In this document: positions 1-9,680 of the stretch, piece by piece
Numbering within the stretch: the stretch's first letter is position 1
Layout: every line of letters starts with the position of its first letter
NCBI GenBank assembly: GCA_937981455.1
Contig: CALJNV010000140.1
Span: 1-38,176 of the forward strand
Reading direction: 5' to 3'
DNA length: 38,176 bases
From: an uncultured Bacteroidales bacterium
GTDB lineage: Bacteria; Bacteroidota; Bacteroidia; Bacteroidales; TTA-H9
The notes under the pieces: model-generated
The model's database searches: none
Told to the model about the DNA's origin: nothing
The model's input: only the letters and a program-made list of their open reading frames with translations
Position numbers and translations under genes: made by a program

Positions 1-777
1 ATACTCATCATTTTCGGTATATATGCCGGAAAAGAATATTTTGCTGCCTTGATGTTGATAGCCGGAATTCTTTCATTGCATGAGCTTTACAATATCATTA
101 TTCCAGGCAATCGGCCAATTTATATTGCTGGGATGTTCACAGGTCTACTCATTTATGTAAGTTTTACATTCATTGCATTTTCTGAACCCGCATTTTTTAT
201 CAAGGCTTTGGCCCTTTCCCTGCCCGGCATCCCCATACTTTTTATTACAGCGCTGTACCAGAAAAGCTCCAGAGCCTTTACCCATGCAGCCCTTGCCTAT
301 ACAGGGGCTATTTATAACTTTTTCCCTTTAGCGTTATTAAATATCATGTTCAATCCTTACATCGTAAAAGTTGATTCCCCCCAAAAGATAGTACTGGGAT
401 TTTTTTTATTGGTATGGACCAATGATACCTTAGCCTATCTCATTGGAATGAGCCTGGGAAAACATAAACTTTTTGAAAGGCACTCCCCACGAAAGACCTG
501 GGAGGGGACTCTGGGTGGGATCTTATTCACCCTCATTGCTTCTTGGCTGCTGTGGAGATTTTTCGGTCAATTAAATCTCGAGCAATGGGTTATAATGGGC
601 TTGCTCATTTCCATTGTCGGATTATATGGCGACTTGGCCGAAAGCATGATTAAAAGGGAGGCAAACGTCAAAGACAGTGGAACTCTTCTCCCCGGACATG
701 GAGGCGTGCTCGACCGCTTTGATGCTACCCTATTGGCAGCCCCAGCAGCGCTGGCTTATCTTATTTTATCCACGTAA
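1..777 (+). CDS. cdsA: phosphatidate cytidylyltransferase (5'-partial)
   Basis: Multi-TM protein with CTP_transf_1 motifs SPRKTWEG, GDLAESMIKR and KDSGTLLPGHGGVLDRFD. The frame is open from base 1, so the true start lies upstream of the window. Confidence 0.95.
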   Translation: MLIIFGIYAGKEYFAALMLIAGILSLHELYNIIIPGNRPIYIAGMFTGLLIYVSFTFIAFSEPAFFIKALALSLPGIPILFITALYQKSSRAFTHAALAYTGAIYNFFPLALLNIMFNPYIVKVDSPQKIVLGFFLLVWTNDTLAYLIGMSLGKHKLFERHSPRKTWEGTLGGILFTLIASWLLWRFFGQLNLEQWVIMGLLISIVGLYGDLAESMIKREANVKDSGTLLPGHGGVLDRFDATLLAAPAALAYLILST

Positions 778-782
778 ATTTG
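775..782 (+). promoter_or_regulatory. Bacteroidota sigma-A -7 element upstream of psd
   Basis: TAAATTTG matches the TAnnTTTG consensus, 40 nt before the psd ATG. Confidence 0.55.
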
Positions 783-822
783 CAAACCATTCATCCTTGC
801 ATTCCAATTTAACTTTACTCCA

Positions 823-1506
823 ATGCCAAGCTTACACAAAGAAGGTTTCAAAATTGTACCCTTGCTAGGAGGAGTTCTACTAATTTTGGCTGGAGCAATG
901 ACCTTCATCCTTCCTGAATTTACAGGCAAGCATTGTATCATATGGGGCTCATTTTTAGTCATACTCACGCTGATCATTCGCTTTTTCAGAGAGCCCAGGC
1001 GTCTAAGCCCTCAAAACAGCCAGCAGGTTTTTAGTGCAGCCGATGGCGAAATAGTAGTTATTGAAGAGACTATCGAAAAGGAATACTTCAAAGATCGACG
1101 CATTCAGGTTTCCACATTTATGTCCATTTATAATGTACATATCAATTGGGCCCCTGTCACAGGTGAAATTGTTTATCAGAAATATTTTCCAGGGAAGTTT
1201 TTACCGGCCTGGATGCCCAAATCATCGGAGCTAAATGAGAGAAATACCTTTGTAATTAAGACAGAAGGCAGACAAGAAATATTGGTGCGACAGATTGCCG
1301 GTACTGTAGCTCGACGCATAGCCTGGTACATGAAACCCGGTGACCGGGTTCATCCAGGCGATCAATTAGGATTCATTCGTTTCGGAAGCCGGGTAGATAT
1401 CTTCCTTCCCCTGGGCAGCGAGGTAAAGGTAAAGTTGGGGCAAAAAGTTAAAGGTAGCGAAACCTTACTTGCAGAGCTTCATTCAAACGCATTGTACTAT
1501 GACTAA
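823..1506 (+). CDS. psd: phosphatidylserine decarboxylase proenzyme (short Psd-A type)
   Basis: FFREP, SAADG, FMSIYNVHINWAP, QIAG..ARRI, and the self-cleavage motif RFGSRVD. N-terminal TM helices. Confidence 0.95.
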   Translation: MPSLHKEGFKIVPLLGGVLLILAGAMTFILPEFTGKHCIIWGSFLVILTLIIRFFREPRRLSPQNSQQVFSAADGEIVVIEETIEKEYFKDRRIQVSTFMSIYNVHINWAPVTGEIVYQKYFPGKFLPAWMPKSSELNERNTFVIKTEGRQEILVRQIAGTVARRIAWYMKPGDRVHPGDQLGFIRFGSRVDIFLPLGSEVKVKLGQKVKGSETLLAELHSNALYYD

Positions 1507-2008
1507 TTTCTCCCCACTCCCTCCTCAACCCCCACGAATTGCCGTGTTTCCTGGCTCCTTCGACCCCCTTACGGCCGGTCATTATGGCCTGGTAATCAGA
1601 GCCTTGGCCTTCTTCGATCGCATCATCATTGCTATTGGGAACAATGCCGATAAAAAAGCATACTTCTCGCCTGAAATTCGCTTTCAAATGATTCAGGACA
1701 TTTTCAAAGATCAACCTCGGGTTGAAATTGCAATATACTCCGGCCTCACAGTGAATTTCTGCAAAGGAAAAAGAGCACAATTTATCCTTAGAGGCCTCCG
1801 AACCTCAGCCGATTTTGAATTCGAAAGAGTGGTTGCCCAGGTCAATCGAAGACTTCACCCCGACATCGAAACAATTTTTCTACTCACCGCTCCAGAACAT
1901 AGCTTCATCTCCAGTTCTATCGTAAGAGAAGTGCTGGCAAATGGTGGTGACCCCACACCCTTCTTACCCCCTGGGCTCGACCTCAATAAATACCCATGCA
2001 ATCGATAA
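1499..2008 (+). CDS. coaD: phosphopantetheine adenylyltransferase
   Basis: AVFPGSFDPLTAGH, ILRGLR, DFEFE and ISSSIVRE motifs. ATG at 1499 overlaps the end of psd and is preferred over the TTG at 1469. Confidence 0.97.
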   Translation: MTNFSPLPPQPPRIAVFPGSFDPLTAGHYGLVIRALAFFDRIIIAIGNNADKKAYFSPEIRFQMIQDIFKDQPRVEIAIYSGLTVNFCKGKRAQFILRGLRTSADFEFERVVAQVNRRLHPDIETIFLLTAPEHSFISSSIVREVLANGGDPTPFLPPGLDLNKYPCNR

Positions 2009-2019
2009 ATCGATTTTTT
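2000..2019 (+). terminator. possible weak intrinsic terminator after coaD
   Basis: AATCGA-TAAA-TCGATT hairpin followed by TTTT. The stem is short and AT-rich. Confidence 0.3.
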
Positions 2020-2079
2020 GGGGGATCAAGCGCTTGAACCATAATTCAACACAACCCTTGAAAATGTTGCCTTAGCACT

Positions 2080-3495
2080 ATGAAAATAAAATCCATAGTA
2101 ATTACCCATTGGCTGATGGTCCTTGCGGGTCTTAATATGGCACAGCCGGTAACTATTCATGGGCATTTTCCAAAGGCAAGCGGTGAAACCGTTTATCTCA
2201 TAGGATACACAGATTATTTAAGCCAAAAAGAGAAAGTCTGGGCCCAAGAAATACTGGACAAAGACGGCCATTTTACACTTCAGGTCAACCTGCAACATAC
2301 GTCCCCCCTATTTCTTGAAATTGCCTTTTATAGGTGCAGTTTCTTTGCGCCTCCAGGCTCTTCATGGTATTTTTCCTCTGATGAATTTCATGTAATTGAA
2401 AATGGAAATCCTCTCCTGCCCCAGTCTGTCCTTCCATGCAAAATCAAAGGGCCCAACTCTGATTCTTTATGGCGCCTGATAGATTCACAAATCTCCAAAT
2501 TTGTAGATACAGCTGCTTATGAGATTTATTTAAAACGAAATACCGCCCTGCTTGATTCACTCCTTCACCGGATTCTTAATGCAAGGGTTGAGGATGAATT
2601 TTTTCGCACAAACATTCCATTCTATTTAGCTACCCTCTATCCCACAGCGCATCTGCCTATAGGCATTTCATCGTTGCAAGAAATAAAGCACGATTACACC
2701 TCATGGTTCTTTTATCTGTGGCTCGAAGACTACCTTACCAAAACCCTTACCCGAGAAAATCCTCTTTCGGCCCAGTCCCATCTTACTCGAAGCCTCGTCA
2801 AGGCGGTCAATAAAGATGAAAACCTGGATACAATAAAAATGTTGATAAAGACGCAATTTCAAATCGAAGACCCGTTTTTATCGGACCTGCTCACCCTGAC
2901 AGCCTTAAAAATATTTTACAAAACTCCTATTTTCCAAAATAAATCCGTCCTCAAACTCATAAAACAAATGCCAGCACACTCTTCGTATCAGGCAATTGCA
3001 TCGATGGCTGAGAACCTGGTTCAACGTTTTACCGCATATGCACCCGGAACAAAATCACCTGATTTTAAAGTTTTAACGACTAAGGGTGATACCCTTGACA
3101 CACAAAAACTTAAAGGCCGCCCGTTCTACATGGTATTTGCGCGGCAGCACTGTAGCACTTGCCTCAACAGCCTCGAGCTTCTTCGTCCATTGTATCAACG
3201 ATACAAAGACAGAGTGGAAATCATAAGCTTTTTTACCTCACACGACACACTCTCAGAAGCCAGATTTACTGGACGTATGAATTATCCTTGGCCCGTTTCG
3301 GTGGTCGGGAGGAATTACGACTTTTTAAGAGCTTTCCAGGCCTATTCTTTACCCCTTGAGATATTCATTAACGAAAACGGCGAAATTATTGCATGGCCCG
3401 CTTACCGCCCTGGGGAGGGATTAGAGGCAATTTTAGAAAAAATGTTAGCCAGTCCTTCTACTCCGAGGCGCTCTCCAATTCAGCGAAAAGAGTAA
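2080..3495 (+). CDS. exported TlpA/AhpC-TSA-like thioredoxin-fold protein
   Basis: N-terminal signal peptide. C-terminal redoxin domain (PGTKSPDF..KGDT..LKGR, CSTC CxxC motif, LPLEIFINENGEI). Confidence 0.8.
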   Translation: MKIKSIVITHWLMVLAGLNMAQPVTIHGHFPKASGETVYLIGYTDYLSQKEKVWAQEILDKDGHFTLQVNLQHTSPLFLEIAFYRCSFFAPPGSSWYFSSDEFHVIENGNPLLPQSVLPCKIKGPNSDSLWRLIDSQISKFVDTAAYEIYLKRNTALLDSLLHRILNARVEDEFFRTNIPFYLATLYPTAHLPIGISSLQEIKHDYTSWFFYLWLEDYLTKTLTRENPLSAQSHLTRSLVKAVNKDENLDTIKMLIKTQFQIEDPFLSDLLTLTALKIFYKTPIFQNKSVLKLIKQMPAHSSYQAIASMAENLVQRFTAYAPGTKSPDFKVLTTKGDTLDTQKLKGRPFYMVFARQHCSTCLNSLELLRPLYQRYKDRVEIISFFTSHDTLSEARFTGRMNYPWPVSVVGRNYDFLRAFQAYSLPLEIFINENGEIIAWPAYRPGEGLEAILEKMLASPSTPRRSPIQRKE

Positions 3496-4009
3496 AATGA
3501 ACCCGGCCATATATTTTATGAGCCACAAAACGGGGATGTGATGCAAAATTGTATGCTTCGGGGTGTTCCAAAATGAACCATCCGCCGGGATGAAGCAAAC
3601 AATGGGAGAAAACCAGGTCAGGTAGAGTTGGCAAAGAGGCAAGGTCGAATGGGGGGTCGGCGAAAATAATATCGTAACGCTGCGTGTGTGTGTTAAGAAA
3701 AACAAACACATCATGCCGGATTACCGTTAGGTTGGAAAAGCCGAGTTTTTGGGCTGCTTGCTGCACCCATTCAGCACATCGGGGATTTTGATCAATAGCG
3801 GTCACATGCCCAACGCCACGACTGCAAAATTCGAATGAAATATTGCCCGTACCCGCAAAAAGATCCAATACGTTCAGGCCTTCCATTTCCCAATTGTGCT
3901 CTATAACATTAAAAATACCCTCCTTAGCCATGTCGGTGGTGGGTCGCACAGGCAGATTAGCAGGAGGTCTTAATATTTTCCCTTTATGACTACCTCTTAT
4001 AATTCGCAC
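3458..4009 (-). CDS. rsmD: 16S rRNA (guanine966-N2)-methyltransferase RsmD
   Basis: MRIIRG, VRPTTDMAKEGIFN, LDLFAGTG, FADPPF and LEH motifs. Confidence 0.95.
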   Translation of the reverse strand: MRIIRGSHKGKILRPPANLPVRPTTDMAKEGIFNVIEHNWEMEGLNVLDLFAGTGNISFEFCSRGVGHVTAIDQNPRCAEWVQQAAQKLGFSNLTVIRHDVFVFLNTHTQRYDIIFADPPFDLASLPTLPDLVFSHCLLHPGGWFILEHPEAYNFASHPRFVAHKIYGRVHFTLFAELESASE

Positions 4010-4887
4010 AGCTGACTGTATATGAGGGAATAAAAGACATGGCCTGGAACCTCGTTAAATTCATATGTCCACGTAAGATGATCGGGGCGGGTGGGGAAGC
4101 TCACTTTTCGAATATATCGAGTCAAAATAGAATGTAGAGGGGAACCTTCTTCTATATCACCTACCAGCCACACAGGGGTTATTTCAGGATTTAAATTCAA
4201 CTGCTCAAAAACAAAAAGCACAAAATAGATAAAGTCTTCTGGGCTTTGGTAATGAAAAGTATTATAGAACACCAGGCTGCTACGGGCGAAATATGCCATT
4301 TCGAACCAATCGCGCCCTGGCTGAATGAGGACAGCTTCGGCATGACGGTTGATACGACAAAACAGCATTCCGGATTCAATGAAGGCTGATGCGGCGTGCG
4401 TATGTTGAGCGCCTGGCATTAACAGAGGAATTTGCTTACCCCATTCTAGTGGCAAGGCGTATACACTCCAGGCCTCGAGATCCGTTAAATAATCAACGGC
4501 AACTACAAAGCCGGCTGGAATAGGAAAGTTAAAATTCAGATAGAGTTCCTTTTGATTCTCATCAAACAAAGGGGCTGGGACCAGGGTTACCCACCGATTA
4601 GAAATCAAAACCTTAGCCCTATCAAAAGGTTTGCCCAACCAGGGATGATTCATAACAAATGAAGCAAATTGCTTCAAAAAATTCTCAGCCTTCAGCGTTG
4701 TGTTGGCCTGAATGCGGCTATCGAGCGTATAATCGGCAAGACCAACCAGTTTTCCGTCAACCTTTTGGGCGAGAACATAAGAAAAACCATCCTCCCTTAG
4801 AAGGATGGTGATGCTATAATCTAAAGTTCGGAAAGCGTCAAAACTCTTGTCGGTAAATCCCTGATTTAAAACAAACTTTCCGTTCAC
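3997..4887 (-). CDS. DUF3822 family protein
   Basis: DGFSY, TLVPAPLFD, FYNTFHYQSPEDFIYFVLFVFEQL. Overlaps the rsmD start, the usual Bacteroidota pairing. GTG start. Confidence 0.85.
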   Translation of the reverse strand: MNGKFVLNQGFTDKSFDAFRTLDYSITILLREDGFSYVLAQKVDGKLVGLADYTLDSRIQANTTLKAENFLKQFASFVMNHPWLGKPFDRAKVLISNRWVTLVPAPLFDENQKELYLNFNFPIPAGFVVAVDYLTDLEAWSVYALPLEWGKQIPLLMPGAQHTHAASAFIESGMLFCRINRHAEAVLIQPGRDWFEMAYFARSSLVFYNTFHYQSPEDFIYFVLFVFEQLNLNPEITPVWLVGDIEEGSPLHSILTRYIRKVSFPTRPDHLTWTYEFNEVPGHVFYSLIYSQLCEL

Positions 4888-4913
4888 AACAATTTTTTTT
4901 TAAACGGATAGGT

Positions 4914-5510
4914 TTATTCCCAGTTTCCGTCTATAGATACTTCAGTCATTGAACCCACTTTGAGGCCTGGAAACTTATTAAGCTGATTCAATGTGGCATC
5001 TAGATTACGAACAAGTTGATCGTCCAAACCTTTTAAAATATCAACATTAAGGGCTGAGGCTTGAAAAACGGGTACTTTTAATCCACCTTTGTCTATAAAA
5101 CCGGCTTCAAGTTTAATGGGAACCTCAGGGTTGAAAGGATTGGTCGACAATTCTTTAATTTTAAAATCGGATCGCTTGCCAAAAAGAGAATCAAAGACTT
5201 TTGTATAACCCACAATTTCGGAAATGGTGCGAGTAAATGTGGTATCGTTGGGGTCAGGGATCATTCGTACTACAGGAATGCTATCACTAAAAGCAAATGA
5301 GATCAGGGTATCGAAACTACCTGTATATTTGTTATTAGCGGCTTTGTAAAACTTTTCAATTTCCCTGATGTCTTTCAATTTCTGAATAATGATGCTGTAC
5401 CGGTAACTCTTCTGTTTTTCGAAACGAACCGGCTCCATGATGCTCTCATAAATAAAATAAGCCAGCACAACAATGGCTATTCCGAGTACGATTCTGATGA
5501 CGTTCTTCAT
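4914..5510 (-). CDS. conserved Bacteroidota membrane-anchored hypothetical protein
   Basis: N-terminal TM, SIMEPVRF, LKDIR and C-terminal GLKVGSM...GNWE signature. ATG at 5510 chosen because the longer start overlaps the promoter box. Confidence 0.8.
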   Translation of the reverse strand: MKNVIRIVLGIAIVVLAYFIYESIMEPVRFEKQKSYRYSIIIQKLKDIREIEKFYKAANNKYTGSFDTLISFAFSDSIPVVRMIPDPNDTTFTRTISEIVGYTKVFDSLFGKRSDFKIKELSTNPFNPEVPIKLEAGFIDKGGLKVPVFQASALNVDILKGLDDQLVRNLDATLNQLNKFPGLKVGSMTEVSIDGNWE

Positions 5511-5531
5511 GATGCATGGGTTTGTGTGGTG

Positions 5532-5539
5532 CAAAAATA
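5532..5539 (-). promoter_or_regulatory. -7 element for the hypothetical-DUF3822-rsmD unit
   Basis: Minus strand reads TATTTTTG, 21 nt upstream of the ATG at 5510. Confidence 0.6.
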
Positions 5540-5598
5540 GGGTTTTTCCAGTTTCTTAAATTCAAAACAGAGTTTTTTAAATGAAAATTTTATGGTGT

Positions 5599-6834
5599 TT
5601 ATAAAAAATTATAGGAAGCAACAACCTGCAAACGAAGATTTCCAACATAAGAGAGATTTTCTACAAGAAATTTTTCGTTGGGTGTTCCATAGGCTGCGAT
5701 TGTATACTCCCATTCCATATTCAAAGACAAGGGGCCATTTGCGTATCCCAAGCGAGGGGCGGTCCTCCAGGCCTCAGCAATATTCTCACCACGTCCGAAA
5801 AACAAAGGCTGGGCAGGTCTGTAGGTGCCAAAGTTTTTGAACCAACCCCCAAAAAACCCAATTTCAAAATTTTTCCAACGATACGATACATCCAACCAGG
5901 CCATCCCATGATTGAGATTTAGATATTTATAGGATTTATCAGCCTCTATTGTTTCCACGGCATAACCCCCAGCCATCAAATGATCGGAGAGATTTTGTCC
6001 GTAGAGGCCCTGAAACTTTGATAGGAAACCCTTGTAACTTATTTGTCCAAAAACTGTAAAAGACACAGAACGAATTTTTTCATCGGTAAAACAAAGTGAA
6101 TCGGTTGTCAGCCGAGGGGCCAACTGCTTAAAATCGATACCAGAACCCATAAATATTTTTGGGGCATTGTAGTGCAATTGAAGATGCAGATTGGGTAGCT
6201 TGGAAAACCTCAGATAATCGGGATGCACACCGCTGGGGCCAGAAGAAGCATAATCGCGTTGAGTCAGGGCCATGCCAGCTAATTTTAACCTTCCTCTGCC
6301 CCATTCTATCCTAATCTGAGGGTTGCGTGCGAAGGAATGAAAGGGGGCTCCGGTATTCAATCCCAGCGGACGAGGGAGGGCTTCTGGGACATCCAGAGGG
6401 GTCCAATATTGGCCGGCCAAAAGACGTATCGCTGACCACTGAATGACAAAATACGCATGCCGAAGACGAAAAGCATTGTTCTCGATGTTTGATGGGCCTG
6501 TAAAATCTCCTTCAACAAAGGCATAGGCTTTTCCATTAAGCACAAAACTTTCTCTTGTGCGTGCAAAGAGACGTGTAGTCATGGCCCACATATTAAACCC
6601 TGGCCTTGCATTGAGGTCGCGCCCGTCATTACCTATTCGAACCGGTTTGGGCCAGAAAATAAAAAATCCTTCTCGGCTTTCTACGTTGAGTCGGGTATCG
6701 TAAGCTGCATCAGCTCGCACAAAACCGCCCCATTCCAGAACTTGAGCGGCCTCCTGCCCTGATAACTTCAATTGCAATCCTACCAGGCCTACAAGCATTA
6801 ATAAGCCAGCTCTCAAAAATAAATTCAACTGCAT
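5599..6834 (-). CDS. outer-membrane beta-barrel porin (DcaP-like)
   Basis: Signal peptide, GFVRADAAYD, VEGDF, FRLRHAY, LLAGQYW, RNPQIR, alternating beta-strand pattern and an aromatic C-terminal strand. Confidence 0.75.
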   Translation of the reverse strand: MQLNLFLRAGLLMLVGLVGLQLKLSGQEAAQVLEWGGFVRADAAYDTRLNVESREGFFIFWPKPVRIGNDGRDLNARPGFNMWAMTTRLFARTRESFVLNGKAYAFVEGDFTGPSNIENNAFRLRHAYFVIQWSAIRLLAGQYWTPLDVPEALPRPLGLNTGAPFHSFARNPQIRIEWGRGRLKLAGMALTQRDYASSGPSGVHPDYLRFSKLPNLHLQLHYNAPKIFMGSGIDFKQLAPRLTTDSLCFTDEKIRSVSFTVFGQISYKGFLSKFQGLYGQNLSDHLMAGGYAVETIEADKSYKYLNLNHGMAWLDVSYRWKNFEIGFFGGWFKNFGTYRPAQPLFFGRGENIAEAWRTAPRLGYANGPLSLNMEWEYTIAAYGTPNEKFLVENLSYVGNLRLQVVASYNFL

Positions 6835-6920
6835 GGATTAATGGGTTGTTTGATAAATTTGTTGGGTGCGATTGGTGGAAAAGGAAGAAAAAATCATGGA
6901 GTTGCCAGCAAGAAAATTCA

Positions 6921-7343
6921 TCATTCGAGGTAAGTCGGAAGGGCATCAAGCATGACAACCTGTCCTGTCGTGTAATCTGGTTTAAGGCAGTAAGTGGTTT
7001 TTCCATTCGTTAAGGTAATATACGGCGCTTTAAAAACGAAATTGTATTGTGCTACTTGTTCAAACGTTTTTTGACTTAGGGTAACGTCACCTGCCTTACA
7101 TTCCACAACCATCCAGGGAGAAGACTTGTCATCGAATACCACAATATCGCAACGGCGCTTCTGCCTTTGGATTTCCAGAGATATTTCAATGCCTATTCTT
7201 CCTGAGGGGTATTTCATTTTTTCCACAAGAAATTTGGCAAAATGCTGACGAACCCATTCTTCGGGCGTAAGGGATACCCATTTTCCCCGGAAAGAATCGT
7301 AGACTTCCTGTCGGTCGCCATTTTGTCGAGTCAAAAGATTCAT
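6921..7343 (-). CDS. stand-alone type I restriction HsdR N-terminal domain protein (PD-(D/E)xK nuclease fold)
   Basis: LTPEEWVRQ, RCDIVVFD, VVECKA, EQVAQYN and LTNG motifs. Confidence 0.9.
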   Translation of the reverse strand: MNLLTRQNGDRQEVYDSFRGKWVSLTPEEWVRQHFAKFLVEKMKYPSGRIGIEISLEIQRQKRRCDIVVFDDKSSPWMVVECKAGDVTLSQKTFEQVAQYNFVFKAPYITLTNGKTTYCLKPDYTTGQVVMLDALPTYLE

Positions 7344-7453
7344 ATCACGAACGATGTATTTTTTACCATTAAAAAATTCAAGAATAACTTCCCGGATGAG
7401 TTCCTCAATGAATAAAAGATGGATCGATTGAGCCAGAGAGTGTCAAAAATGAA

Positions 7454-8812
7454 TTATTCCTCGCTTACTACAGCCAGGGTATTTTTTACTATCCCTTTCT
7501 TTTTCCATTTGCCGGTTTTGTAATAAATGTAGCTAGCCGATACACCGCAAGACCAGGCAAGAGGTATGGCCCACCAGATACCTTTTTCACCCATAATGCC
7601 AGATAGGGCATAAGAAAGCGGTACCCGGATAAGCCACAAAGAAAAGAGCGTTATAAACATTGGTATCAACGTATCGCCCGCACCCCGCAATACGCCATTG
7701 ACGGTAAACATAGTAGTTAAAAGAAGATAAAATGAGGCCACAATCCTAAGGTAATCAACGCCTTTGCTTATTACAACGGGATCAGTGGTAAATATCAGCA
7801 TGAGCTGCCGACCAAAAACCCAAAAAATGAAAGTACCTGCGAGAGCCACCACAGCCGACATTTTAAGGGTAGCTCTGAGACCATTTTTCACACGGTCGGT
7901 GCGGCCAGCGCCCATATTCTGGCCGGTGAAAGAGGATAGAGCAGCAGAAAGATTCATGGCAGGCATGGTGGCAAAAGAGTCGATACGGCCAGCGGCTGAA
8001 TAAGCAGCTACGGTGTCGGTGCCAAAACGGTTTACAATGCTGTAAATAGCCATCATACCCAAAGAAAACACAGTATGTTGTACTCCGGAGGGAAGACCGA
8101 TTTGCAGGCTTCGACGCATGATGGCTTTATCGTAAGTAAATTTACGAAAACTCAGATTGATAAGCTTATGATTATGGTTGATCCACAATACCATGGTAAG
8201 AAAGGCTCCAGCCTGGGCAATAACCGTAGCAATAGCAGCCCCTTCTATACCCCATTTAAACACTAAAACGAATAAAAGGTCAAGGCCTATATTAACTACC
8301 GTAGAAATGATGAGAAACCACAAGGGGGTAGTGCTATCGCCAATGCCCCTAAGCAAAGATGTCATGCCATTAAATCCAAAGAAAAAAAGACTACCGCCCA
8401 TGTAAATGTGAAGGTAACTAACGGCATAGGGCAAAACCTCATCAGGGAGCCTTGTTAACCTGAGAATGGGCCGGCTTAGAGCTATGCCGAGCAGAGTAGT
8501 TATCAACCCTGACCAAAATAAAAAAATCCACATAGTATCCATGGAGACCTTCAATTTATCCATTTGTTTGGCTCCGAAATACTGAGAAATTATAATACTA
8601 AAACCCATTCCTATCCCTATGACAAGGGCCACAAACACGAAGATGAAAGGAAAAGAAGCACCCACAGCAGCCAGAGCCTCTTTTCCCACAAAATGTCCGA
8701 TAATGATACTGTCGACGATGTTGTAAAGTTGTTGAAATACATTACCGGCAAGCATGGGTATAGCGAATCGTAAAATAATTTTCCCTTCATGGCCTGTGGT
8801 TAAATCTTTCAT
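7454..8812 (-). CDS. MATE family efflux transporter
   Basis: FQQLYNIVDSIIIG, ALAAVG, LRGIGDSTTP, GQNMGAG and LRGAGDT motifs. About 12 TM helices. Confidence 0.95.
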   Translation of the reverse strand: MKDLTTGHEGKIILRFAIPMLAGNVFQQLYNIVDSIIIGHFVGKEALAAVGASFPFIFVFVALVIGIGMGFSIIISQYFGAKQMDKLKVSMDTMWIFLFWSGLITTLLGIALSRPILRLTRLPDEVLPYAVSYLHIYMGGSLFFFGFNGMTSLLRGIGDSTTPLWFLIISTVVNIGLDLLFVLVFKWGIEGAAIATVIAQAGAFLTMVLWINHNHKLINLSFRKFTYDKAIMRRSLQIGLPSGVQHTVFSLGMMAIYSIVNRFGTDTVAAYSAAGRIDSFATMPAMNLSAALSSFTGQNMGAGRTDRVKNGLRATLKMSAVVALAGTFIFWVFGRQLMLIFTTDPVVISKGVDYLRIVASFYLLLTTMFTVNGVLRGAGDTLIPMFITLFSLWLIRVPLSYALSGIMGEKGIWWAIPLAWSCGVSASYIYYKTGKWKKKGIVKNTLAVVSEE

Positions 8813-8816
8813 TTTT

Positions 8817-9665
8817 TTAACTTCGAACGATTAGTTTTTGGTCGGCACAAAATAATTCTACTTTTAAAGCAGACAAAAGGTCGTTACCCATAATCCCATC
8901 GAGGGGAGGGAAACCCAACCGCAGGTAGGCATGGTTTACATTTTCTAAATCAATCAATTTACCCGAGAAATCATGCAAAACCACATGACCTATCTCCAAC
9001 GTATTAAAATTCACGTTGCCCAAAGGCGCATATTCATCTTTAACACCTTTGCAGGGTTCATCCACAGGCTCGAGAAGGTTTTCATCAAATTCAACAATTT
9101 GATGAAAACGGCGGCTATTAAAAATAGTGACGGTGGCTCCGGTGTCAATAAACATATTTACTTTTTTCCCCATGATTTTGATTTGAACAACCAGGTGAGA
9201 GGCACCGGGAACAACAGAGAGTGCCCGAAAACGCAAAGCACGTGAATTACCCAGACGGAGAAGCTGTTTTCGAAAGCTGATCAGGGACCCAGGCAAGGTG
9301 AGTAGATCCCCGCCCAACACACCATGCACGGGACCTTCAATAAGCCTACCGAAGAGCTGTTCCAGGAGGGTGAGATCCGACATTATAACCTCGTAATGAG
9401 GAATTTGAATCTTGCCTACGGTAAAACTTCTCACAGGCAAGACGTAGGCCTCAAAATTTTCGCCCATACCCATGGCATGAAAAGTCGGGTCCTGGTATGG
9501 AAACTTGGCGGCAAAATAATGAATACGACGTTGGCAAAACACGGTGTGGGATGCACCGGTATCAATAAGCATTCGAGCGGGCAACCCGTTAATCTGTATA
9601 TTGACGAGTTGATGAACGCCCCGATCTTCTTTAACGTAAAACACCGGCAATACAGATTTTGCCAT
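8817..9665 (-). CDS. two-domain retropepsin-like (clan AA) aspartyl protease
   Basis: LIDTGAS (D35) with GVLGGDLL, and FIDTGAT (D174) with DGIMGNDLL. No signal peptide. Confidence 0.85.
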   Translation of the reverse strand: MAKSVLPVFYVKEDRGVHQLVNIQINGLPARMLIDTGASHTVFCQRRIHYFAAKFPYQDPTFHAMGMGENFEAYVLPVRSFTVGKIQIPHYEVIMSDLTLLEQLFGRLIEGPVHGVLGGDLLTLPGSLISFRKQLLRLGNSRALRFRALSVVPGASHLVVQIKIMGKKVNMFIDTGATVTIFNSRRFHQIVEFDENLLEPVDEPCKGVKDEYAPLGNVNFNTLEIGHVVLHDFSGKLIDLENVNHAYLRLGFPPLDGIMGNDLLSALKVELFCADQKLIVRS

Positions 9666-9680
9666 AAGTTGAGTATTGGG

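Noticed and set aside
6921-7343. Type I restriction-modification or defence island
   Set aside because: No hsdM, hsdS, helicase or other defence genes are present, and the context is housekeeping.
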